Shown here: positions 7,490 through 15,611 of the stretch, in pieces
How the letters are laid out: each line of letters opens with the position of its first letter
How positions within the stretch are numbered: position 1 is the first letter of the stretch
Assembly: GCA_019058015.1 (NCBI GenBank)
Contig: JAHLWH010000111.1
Span: 1 to 29,141, forward strand
DNA from: Promethearchaeota archaeon
GTDB taxonomy: Archaea > Asgardarchaeota > Lokiarchaeia > Sigyniarchaeales > SOKP01
Reading direction: 5' to 3'
DNA length: 29,141 bases
Position numbers and translations under genes: made by a program
The notes under the pieces: generated by a model
Told to the model about the DNA's origin: nothing
The model's database searches: none
The model's input: the letters and a program-made list of their open reading frames with translations, nothing else

Positions 7490-8836
7490 GAACTGTATCT
7501 CATATAGAGTGCATGTTCATCTAATAATATTAATGAAGAGGATTAAAGTTTTAAAAATATTAAGAATATATAGATTAAATTTATAGAGAAAAATGAGATT
7601 AACTGAACAAATACAGGTAAGAGCATCGGCAGAATTATCTAAATTGTGTCATAAATCCAAGAATCTTTATAATTTAGCTAATTGGTATTTTAGACAAGAT
7701 TTCTTCAAATTAGAAAATATTCTTTCTTATTACGATTTAGACTTTATTCTTAAGCATAAAAATACATACAAGGAAATGCCCTCTCAGACTTCTCAGCAAA
7801 TACTTAAATTGGTGAGTAGAAATTGGAAATCGTTTTTTAATGCTAAAAAAGATTACAAAGTGAATTATAAGAAGTATAAACGGAGGCCCAGACCTCCAAA
7901 ATATAAGTCTAAGAATGGAGAATTTATTGTAATTTTTACAAACCAACAATGCAGAATAAAGAATGGTTATCTACATTTTCCAGAAAAGTCTAATCTCAAC
8001 CCTATAAAGACGAGAATTAAAGAAAAATTAAATGAAGTAAGGATAATTCCTAAAGGAGTTTGTTATGTTGTAGAAATAATTTATGAGAAAAAAGAGCAAG
8101 ATTTAAGCCTGGATAAAGATTATAAATTATCTATTGATTTAGGATTAAATAATCTCATAACCGCTGTAAATAATATTGGAGTAAAGCCAATTATTATTAA
8201 GGGTGGGGTTGTAAAATCGGTAAATCAATATTATAATAAGCAATTAGCGTATTATAGAAGTATTGAAAATAAGAAAGGCAATTTTCGGGATACTAAAAGA
8301 ATACAAAAGTTACATTTAAAAAGTAATAATAAAATAAATACCTTGTTTCATAGAATTTCCAAGAATCTGATTGATTATTGTATTAAAAATGATATTGGTT
8401 CAATTGGGATTGGATATAATAATGGGTGGAAACAAAATATCAATATTGGGAAAAGAAATAACCAGAAGTTCGTTCAAATTCCATTCTGTAAATTATTAAA
8501 ACAAATAAAGTATAAAGCAAAATTAAAAGGAATTATTTTTAAAATTACAGGCGAACCATATACTTCTAAATGTAGTTTTCTGGATAATGAACCGATAAAA
8601 AGGCATAAAAGATATTTGGGCAAAAGAATCTCCAGAGGTTTGTTTAGAGCTTCTGATGGGACAATTATCAATGCGGATGTAAATGGAGCTTATAATATAA
8701 TGAAGAAGGCATTCCCAAATTCCATTTCGGTTGATGGAATAGAGGCATTAGGACTAATACCGCAAATAATTAATCAAAACATAGTTGATAATATTATTTG
8801 AAATAAGATTTATCTCCTTTGATAAGTTTTAATAAT
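7490..8836 (+). mobile_element. Putative non-autonomous IS200/IS605-family element carrying only tnpB; ends approximate
   Basis: tnpB without adjacent tnpA; imperfect hairpin at 7490-7518 upstream and hairpins at the 3' end. Confidence 0.5.
7593..8801 (+). CDS. tnpB: TnpB RNA-guided endonuclease (IS200/IS605 superfamily, IS1341-like solo tnpB)
   Basis: N-terminal LCHKSKNLYNLAN, PSQTSQQ, RPPKYK; RuvC-I SIDLGLNNL; GEPYTSKCSFLD; RuvC-III INADVNGAYNI. Confidence 0.93.
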   Translation: MRLTEQIQVRASAELSKLCHKSKNLYNLANWYFRQDFFKLENILSYYDLDFILKHKNTYKEMPSQTSQQILKLVSRNWKSFFNAKKDYKVNYKKYKRRPRPPKYKSKNGEFIVIFTNQQCRIKNGYLHFPEKSNLNPIKTRIKEKLNEVRIIPKGVCYVVEIIYEKKEQDLSLDKDYKLSIDLGLNNLITAVNNIGVKPIIIKGGVVKSVNQYYNKQLAYYRSIENKKGNFRDTKRIQKLHLKSNNKINTLFHRISKNLIDYCIKNDIGSIGIGYNNGWKQNINIGKRNNQKFVQIPFCKLLKQIKYKAKLKGIIFKITGEPYTSKCSFLDNEPIKRHKRYLGKRISRGLFRASDGTIINADVNGAYNIMKKAFPNSISVDGIEALGLIPQIINQNIVDNII

Positions 8837-8855
8837 CTAGATACTTTTATAAAAT
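8710..8855 (+). ncRNA. Putative omegaRNA/reRNA overlapping the tnpB 3' end
   Basis: Stems ATTCCAT(8719-8725)/ATGGAAT(8734-8740); CAAATAAT(8763-8770)/ATTATTTG(8793-8800) enclosing ATCAA/TTGAT; TTATC(8810-8814)/GATAA(8821-8825). Position is typical of TnpB guide scaffolds; boundaries uncertain. Confidence 0.5.
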
Positions 8856-10526
8856 ATGGAAAATGTTGAAAATTTCTTTCAAACTTTTAATCAAGTGCTT
8901 GGAGAAGATATTTTAACTTATTTTGGTAAATTTTATGATTATTTATCTGATTTATTTATAGAAGCATTTATTAAATTAGAAAATGAGACTAAAAATGATG
9001 ATTTCATAACTTATAAAAAAAATATTGAAGGTATTTTTGAGGTCATTTCATTAGGATTAAGAACAATTGGTGTTTCAAGAGAAATGATTATCTCATTTAA
9101 AAATGATTTTCTTAATTCGATTAAAGATAAATATGAAAATATTGATAAATATAGTCAAATAATGGATTTAATCTTAAAGCCTATAATTGAAGCTTCTCTC
9201 ATAGAAATTATTATTCAATATTTTATAAGTGAAGATAAGACCCAACTTTTAAATCTCAATGTTTTCAATTTACTTCCAAAAGGTTTTATTAAAAAAGTTG
9301 AGAATTTTAAAGAATCTTATGTCTCACCTCCAATTGTTGTTTTTTTAAAAAGTGATAAAATTAAGAAGGAACCTACTCCAGTTCCAGTCGAAGTTAGGAA
9401 AATACCGGCGAGATTTATTAAACCTGCAGAAAAAGCTATAATGAATCTTTTAGATAAACTTAAACAACAAAGAATTGATAGTGAAAAAATTCTACATGAA
9501 AAGATACCTATCGAAAACAAGGATGAAGCCACGGAGATCTTAAATAAAATTAGTAAAATTCGAGCTGAGGATCTCTCTCTTATTGAATCAACTGGAGTTA
9601 AAGAATCAATCGAGGAAGTAAAAATAAAAGAATCATTAGATGTTAGAAGTGAAACATTTATTGAATTTTTTGGTAACTTCCCTCAATTATCTCCAATTAT
9701 TAGAAATAAAATTAAAATTAATATTGAAAATTTACAACAACATAATTCTAAAGAGTTTCAAGATTTAGAGACATTCTATTATTTTATTTGCTCTTTTAAG
9801 ATGATGGGTTTAGATTTACCTTATTCTAGAAATGAGATCGTTAATAGATTGCAAAATTTTATCTCAGATAAAGTTTTTTGTGCAGGAATCGGTTCTACCC
9901 CTGATCCTTTAAATGTTTTTTTCGGAACTGCTATTTTTTCCGAGTTTAATTTATTGTCACATGAAAATATTGACATCGGAAAGATAAAAGAATTTATTAA
10001 TGGAGAGCTATCAGATTCTATTCCCTGGAAATTACATCTAAATACATATTCTTTATTAACTCTTAAAATTTTAGGAAAAAATGGAGTTTCTATCCAAAAA
10101 TATCCCGAATTAGAATCTAATTTATTAAAATATGATATCACGACAACCGAAGATTATTATCCAATTATAGATTTATTTGATAAAATTTTTTCTCTTAAAT
10201 TATTAAATAATCTTGGTGATTTAAATGATATTTCTCAAGAATTTCTCAAACAACTAAAACAAAGTATTACAAAAAATGGCTCTATTAATAACAATCTTAC
10301 TGACACTGCTAAATTTCTGCTAATGGCATCTCTATTAAATTTTAAAAATAAAATAAAAGATGATATAAATCAAATGAAAAATTATATTCAAAATGAAACG
10401 ATACTCTTTAGTAATCCAAAACGTATTAAAAAGTTAAATTGGAATGTTGATAATCTTGGATGTAAAATAGAAATTAGGATATTATATTGGATATTATTAG
10501 CATTATCCCAATTCCCAAATATTTAG
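8856..10526 (+). CDS. Hypothetical protein; C-terminal half possibly an alpha/alpha toroid (prenyltransferase/terpene cyclase-like)
   Basis: 556-aa ORF; helical N-terminus, Pro/charged linker, repeat-like segments DLETFYYFICSFKMMG, GSTPDPLNVFFGTAIF, GSINNNLTDTAKFLLMASLL. Confidence 0.55.
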   Translation: MENVENFFQTFNQVLGEDILTYFGKFYDYLSDLFIEAFIKLENETKNDDFITYKKNIEGIFEVISLGLRTIGVSREMIISFKNDFLNSIKDKYENIDKYSQIMDLILKPIIEASLIEIIIQYFISEDKTQLLNLNVFNLLPKGFIKKVENFKESYVSPPIVVFLKSDKIKKEPTPVPVEVRKIPARFIKPAEKAIMNLLDKLKQQRIDSEKILHEKIPIENKDEATEILNKISKIRAEDLSLIESTGVKESIEEVKIKESLDVRSETFIEFFGNFPQLSPIIRNKIKINIENLQQHNSKEFQDLETFYYFICSFKMMGLDLPYSRNEIVNRLQNFISDKVFCAGIGSTPDPLNVFFGTAIFSEFNLLSHENIDIGKIKEFINGELSDSIPWKLHLNTYSLLTLKILGKNGVSIQKYPELESNLLKYDITTTEDYYPIIDLFDKIFSLKLLNNLGDLNDISQEFLKQLKQSITKNGSINNNLTDTAKFLLMASLLNFKNKIKDDINQMKNYIQNETILFSNPKRIKKLNWNVDNLGCKIEIRILYWILLALSQFPNI

Positions 10527-10531
10527 CTTCT

Positions 10532-11161
10532 TTATATAACATTTTTCAATTTGCGATCGAATTTTAAGATTGTTTTAATGAATTTTTTTGCAGTGGCTTT
10601 AACTCTGTCTTTTTTTACGTTCGTATTCCAAATTTCGAGAAATTTATTATTATCCTGCAATTCCTTCAAAACTTTTTTGCCAATTTTTATCCATTTTTTA
10701 GTACTAATATATGGAGCATCAACTGAAATGCCTTTACAATATTCTTTTGCTTTTGTTGTATAGAACATCTGGATACTGATTTTTGAATTAGAACTTCTTA
10801 GATTTAATAGTTTAAATATAAATGGAAATGTTCGACAAAACATAGGGCGTAAATTATAAATTTTGCACTTTTTTTCTTCATCTAAATAGATACACGCCCC
10901 AGTAGATTTTTTTAATAGCCCAACAAAAGCGTTTCCTTTTTCGGTGATTATCGGTGGAATTACCATCTTTTTAAAAAAATCATTTGAGACATTTTTTTCA
11001 TATATATAAAAACCTAAAATTTCTAAAATTTCATTAAAAGATAAATTTAATCCTTTAGTTATTCTTAAAATATCAAGATAAGTTACATTAACTATTGTTT
11101 TTTTATCGGAACAGCAATCCGCGCAACAAATACATCGAAATTTGAAACGATCCTTTTGCAT
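10532..11161 (-). CDS. YkgJ family (CxxCxxCC) cysteine-cluster protein
   Basis: FRCICCADCC ... CIYLDEEKKCKIYNLRPMFCRTFPF ... YCKGI. Confidence 0.9.
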   Translation of the reverse strand: MQKDRFKFRCICCADCCSDKKTIVNVTYLDILRITKGLNLSFNEILEILGFYIYEKNVSNDFFKKMVIPPIITEKGNAFVGLLKKSTGACIYLDEEKKCKIYNLRPMFCRTFPFIFKLLNLRSSNSKISIQMFYTTKAKEYCKGISVDAPYISTKKWIKIGKKVLKELQDNNKFLEIWNTNVKKDRVKATAKKFIKTILKFDRKLKNVI

Positions 11162-11196
11162 TTTAATATATTAAAATAAGAAAGAATAGTTTTTAA

Positions 11197-11523
11197 TTAA
11201 TCTAGAAATTCCTTTTTTAATAAACTAATAATATCATCGCGATCTGAATTATCAATAACTTTTACATCTTTACCCATTGAGTTATATTTATCAGGGGGGA
11301 CATCGTGGAAAAGAGATAAGATTAAAATTATGGCATTTTCAACAAGTTTGTAGTTATTATATAAATTTTCAATTTCTTTTTTTTTCTTTAAAAAACCCAT
11401 TAAATTTATATAAGTTTGATCTTCCCAAATTTCAGTTTCTTTATTGGTTCTATCCTTTTTATTAAAGAATTTTAGAATTTGGTCATAGGCTTCCAATTCT
11501 TTACCGCCGTTAATGGTATTCAA
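11197..11523 (-). CDS. Hypothetical protein
   Basis: 108-aa ORF co-oriented just upstream of the YkgJ gene; TTG start uncertain. Confidence 0.6.
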   Translation of the reverse strand: MNTINGGKELEAYDQILKFFNKKDRTNKETEIWEDQTYINLMGFLKKKKEIENLYNNYKLVENAIILILSLFHDVPPDKYNSMGKDVKVIDNSDRDDIISLLKKEFLD

Positions 11524-11827
11524 ACCTTTTTAATATTTTTTATTATCATCAAAATTTTTTTAATAATAAGTTCTTATAATTCAAATTTTTAAAACTCCTA
11601 AAAAAAAAATATAATATGCGCATAATATTAGTCTGTGGGTTGAAATTTTTAATAACGATTCTATTTTTGTCGTATGTTGTTCTTACTGCTTGGAGGTTTA
11701 TTATTTTTGTCGGTACATATAAAAATGAAATCTTTGAAAATTGTTCTTATTAGCATCTAATTACTAAAAAAATATTTTTTTTCGAAAATAGTAATCTTTA
11801 ATTAATTTCAAAACTAATTTTCTAAAA

Positions 11828-12604
11828 ATGAAATCAAAAACTAATCTGAAAAAAATGAAGTATCATAGTATACTTCTTTATGGAATAAGTTTTTTTCTGA
11901 TTTATTTTGTTTCATTTGGTATTCCAGGAATTCTTTTTATTACATTTATCAATTCTTTTTTTATTCCTCAAGTATTAAATGCTTCAAATTTTCTGGATCT
12001 TTTTACGAATCTAAACTCTCTTATTATTTTAATTATTACTCCAATTATTATAATTGTATGTTATTTATTACATTTATTCATAATAGCAATTAATTTAAAG
12101 ATAGTTTTTTATTATACAGAGAAAAAGGAACCTACTAGAGATGGTATAATTCCAAGAGATTTCCCTAATAAAGCCTTAAAGTTTTATCATGTAAGATCAT
12201 TTATTTTAAAGTATCCGAAATGGGCTTTTTCAAAAAGTCCATTCCCTTGGCTTACTATTAAATTATTTAATTTTATTGGTGCAAACCAGATGGGAAAAGG
12301 CACAACACTTGAAGAACAAGTTGTTGGTGATAAATTAATTAAAACGGGAAAAAATTGCTATTTTGGAGTAAATAGTGCTTTAGCTAGTCATTTAGTAGAA
12401 GGGATTTCTGGAAATGTAAATTTCTTTACTATTAAAATAGGAAATAATGTTACATTTTCAGCCTTTGGATTGGTAGGTCCAGGGACGGAGATAGGTGATA
12501 ATGTAGCCATACTTCCAATTTCTGCTGCGCCAAAGCATAACCAATTGAGAAGTAATAATTATTATTTTGGATTACCCGTAAGAAAAATATTTAAAAAAAA
12601 ATAA
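11828..12604 (+). CDS. Membrane protein with left-handed beta-helix (hexapeptide repeat) acyltransferase-like domain, paralog 1; C-terminus probably cut short at an A9 run
   Basis: Two N-terminal TM segments; IKTGKNCYFGVNS, IKIGNNVTFS, GTEIGDNVAI repeats; YFGLPVR end motif. Confidence 0.8.
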   Translation: MKSKTNLKKMKYHSILLYGISFFLIYFVSFGIPGILFITFINSFFIPQVLNASNFLDLFTNLNSLIILIITPIIIIVCYLLHLFIIAINLKIVFYYTEKKEPTRDGIIPRDFPNKALKFYHVRSFILKYPKWAFSKSPFPWLTIKLFNFIGANQMGKGTTLEEQVVGDKLIKTGKNCYFGVNSALASHLVEGISGNVNFFTIKIGNNVTFSAFGLVGPGTEIGDNVAILPISAAPKHNQLRSNNYYFGLPVRKIFKKK

Positions 12605-12658
12605 AAGAATGTACTGGATTAACCGAAGACCAAATCATAATCAAAAAAAAATCAAGAG

Positions 12659-13528
12659 ATGTATAAAGATATGAAAGAATCAACAGAATTTACGGAATCT
12701 ATGGAATTAACTATTGACGTTCTTACAGGAAGCGGAATGCCTAAGGATGCTTTGAAATTTTTATGGTTTTATATTCCGATTATATGGTTTGCCGGAACAA
12801 TAACTTTAATACAATTCACATCCTTTTGGAAGGATTTTTTTGGTATACCTATACTTTTTTATTTATTATTACCATTTGTGATATTTGGCGATATTTATAT
12901 TTTTCTTGGTCTTTCATTGTTTTTTACTAAACTATTATTAATTTTTATAAATCTTATTCATAAACCAAAAGAAGGAATTTTTCATATTAGAGAAGAGAGA
13001 AGAGTTTATCTTTTTTGGTGCATCAGAAAATTACTAAAAAAATTTGTAATATGGTTTGCAAGAAATACCCCTCTCCCATATGTTGATATTATAGCTTTTA
13101 GATGCTTGGGAGTGAAAGTGAATTTTTCAAATTCAATATTAGACAGCTGGTTAGATTTAGAATTTATTGAAGCTGGAAAAAAGGTTTTTATTGGACAAGG
13201 TTCAACGGTTTGTAGTGGCATCGTTGTTGGAAATTATTTAATAATAAAAAGGATAATATTTGAAGATCTCGCTATAGTTGGGGGTCATTCTGTTGTTTCT
13301 CCAGGAACAATTATCCGAAAAAACGCAATATTGGGTGCTGCATCAATTACTAGCTTTAACCAAGAATTAGAAAAAGATTGGGTATATATGGGGATTCCAG
13401 CAAGAAAATTTAAACTAAATAAATATGCCGAAAGTAATAGAGAGATTATTATAAAAAAGGACGTCGAATTTAGAGAGACATCTATAGTTAAATATAAAAA
13501 AATAGAAAAAAAAGAAGGTGAAAAATAA
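12659..13528 (+). CDS. Membrane LbetaH acyltransferase-like protein, paralog 2 (start may be ATG 12671 or 12701)
   Basis: TM segments, HKPKEGIF, RCLGVKV, IEAGKKVFIGQGS, VVSPGTII, WVYMGIPARK. Confidence 0.82.
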   Translation: MYKDMKESTEFTESMELTIDVLTGSGMPKDALKFLWFYIPIIWFAGTITLIQFTSFWKDFFGIPILFYLLLPFVIFGDIYIFLGLSLFFTKLLLIFINLIHKPKEGIFHIREERRVYLFWCIRKLLKKFVIWFARNTPLPYVDIIAFRCLGVKVNFSNSILDSWLDLEFIEAGKKVFIGQGSTVCSGIVVGNYLIIKRIIFEDLAIVGGHSVVSPGTIIRKNAILGAASITSFNQELEKDWVYMGIPARKFKLNKYAESNREIIIKKDVEFRETSIVKYKKIEKKEGEK

Positions 13529-13551
13529 CGGCGACTCCTGTATCTTTAAAA

Positions 13552-14358
13552 ATGGCTCCTTTTACGGCAAGTGTTATAGCTAAAAAGAGATATTTTATTA
13601 TATATTTTATTTTAATATGGGGAAGTTGCATTCCTCCCATTTTACAATTTTGGTTTTTTTGGAAAATTCTAAATATTAATGAATTATTATTTTTTTCTCT
13701 TTTGCCATTAGAATTTCTTCTTTTTTATTTAACTTTAGTTTTTAGTTCAATATTTTTTGCAAAAATAATCTTAATTTTTGTAAATTTATTTCATAAACCT
13801 CGAGAAGGTGTGTTCAAAAGAGATCCTAAAAATAGAGATTATTGTTATTGGAGCCTTCGATCAATGATTATAAAATGGCCAGCATGGATCAGTCATTCAT
13901 TCCCCGTTCCTTGGCATGATGTAATTTTAATGAAAATATTTGGAGTAAAAACAAATTTTTCAAACTCAACTTTTGATGGATGGATAAATTGTGAATTTAT
14001 TGAATTTGGAAATAGTATATCGGTTGGTCAAGCTGCGATAATATTATCTTCAATGATTATTAGCGATTATTTAATCATTAAAAGAGTTAAAATAAGAGAT
14101 AATGTAATCATTGGCTCGCATTCAGTTATTTCACCTGGAACAATTATTGGAAAAAATTGTATACTTTCTGCATTTTCTTATACTATGGTTGACCAAGAAT
14201 TAGAAGAAGGTTGGGTTTATATAGGGATTCCAGCAAAAAAATATAAAGAAAATAAATTTATAAAGACTGAAAAAGAGTTAAAGATTAAAAAAAAATTAAA
14301 GGAATCAGAAAAATGGGATAGTTACATTGAAAAACGGGAGAGTATCACGTCAAAATAG
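13552..14358 (+). CDS. Membrane LbetaH acyltransferase-like protein, paralog 3
   Basis: TM segments, HKPREGVF, KIFGVKT, IEFGNSISVGQAA, VKIRDNVIIGSHSVISPGTIIGKNCIL, WVYIGIPAKK. Confidence 0.82.
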   Translation: MAPFTASVIAKKRYFIIYFILIWGSCIPPILQFWFFWKILNINELLFFSLLPLEFLLFYLTLVFSSIFFAKIILIFVNLFHKPREGVFKRDPKNRDYCYWSLRSMIIKWPAWISHSFPVPWHDVILMKIFGVKTNFSNSTFDGWINCEFIEFGNSISVGQAAIILSSMIISDYLIIKRVKIRDNVIIGSHSVISPGTIIGKNCILSAFSYTMVDQELEEGWVYIGIPAKKYKENKFIKTEKELKIKKKLKESEKWDSYIEKRESITSK

Positions 14359-14402
14359 GAAAATATTAAGATAAATTAAATTTAAAAAAAATCTTCTATA
14401 AG

Positions 14403-15383
14403 TTAATCTAATTCCTTTGGAATATATCCATAAGTCTCTTTAAATTTGGTTTTAATAGTTTCGAAATTATATTCCTGAGATTGCGCTCCCATTGATTGAA
14501 CAATAAAAGAACCAATAACGGATCCTAATTTACAAGCATCTTCTAATGACATTCCCTTGACTAATCCCGATAAATAACCAGCACGATAGCCATCTCCTGC
14601 TCCCGTTGGATCAATAACATCATTAACTTTGCAGCAAGGAATTTCATATTTCATATTTTTTTCTTTAAAATATAAAATCGAACCATTTTCACCCATTGTT
14701 ATTATAACAATTGGTATCAAATTGTAAAGCTCATCATCAGAGAAGTTGGTTTTTTGTTTAATAATCTCAATCTCATTTTCGTTGCAAATCAATACTTGAG
14801 CTTTTTCAAAAATATTTATCAATTCTTGATGTTGAAATAATGGGAGCACTTGTCCAGGGTCAAAAATGAAAGGTATTCCAAGTTCTTCTAATTCTTCTGC
14901 AAAATGGATCATGGCTGGAACACTCTGAACTGAATTAATAGCAAAAAAATATTCGTTAGGATCTTTAATTTTCGATTTTAGTGAGAAATCAACGTTTTTG
15001 TCCAATGCTCCACCATGAAAAGTTATCATTTGATTTTTTGAATTATCATTTACTACAAAACATGCTGCAGTGTATAAATCATCATATATTTCAATAAGTT
15101 GATTTATCTTCTCAAATTTATCTAAATGCTCCTTATAACCAAGACTTATGAAGTCCTTTCCGACTGAACCACATATATCACAATGAATACCCAATTTACC
15201 AATATGATAAGAAATATTGCCTGCAGTCCCTCCAAATTGACAAGTTCTAGAACTGGCAGTTACAATTGATTGATATTTTCGATTCTCTACATCAATGCTA
15301 ACAACATCTAAGAAGTTTTTATCGAAATTCATAATATGATCATATGCAATAGAACCTAAAACCAGAATTTTATTCTTGTTCAT
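14403..15383 (-). CDS. PfkB/ribokinase-family kinase, nucleoside/adenosine kinase-like
   Basis: GSIAYDHIM, FGGTAGNI, FDPGQ, CNENE, DPTGAGDGYRAG. Confidence 0.9.
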   Translation of the reverse strand: MNKNKILVLGSIAYDHIMNFDKNFLDVVSIDVENRKYQSIVTASSRTCQFGGTAGNISYHIGKLGIHCDICGSVGKDFISLGYKEHLDKFEKINQLIEIYDDLYTAACFVVNDNSKNQMITFHGGALDKNVDFSLKSKIKDPNEYFFAINSVQSVPAMIHFAEELEELGIPFIFDPGQVLPLFQHQELINIFEKAQVLICNENEIEIIKQKTNFSDDELYNLIPIVIITMGENGSILYFKEKNMKYEIPCCKVNDVIDPTGAGDGYRAGYLSGLVKGMSLEDACKLGSVIGSFIVQSMGAQSQEYNFETIKTKFKETYGYIPKELD

Positions 15384-15611
15384 ACTTATTTCTAAATTAA
15401 AAATAATTAATATTAAAAATTAATCTTACGTTCAATCTAAAAAAAAGTAGTGGTAATTAAAATTTAATGTATATAATTTCGGATTTCTTTATTTTTTTTT
15501 ATCTTTTCTATTTTTAAATATAGTATTCAAATATGATTTATATAAGATTAATATTAACAGCATTAATTCAAAATCAAAAGACATAAAAGATTTCAAATTT
15601 TTTCTTACACA

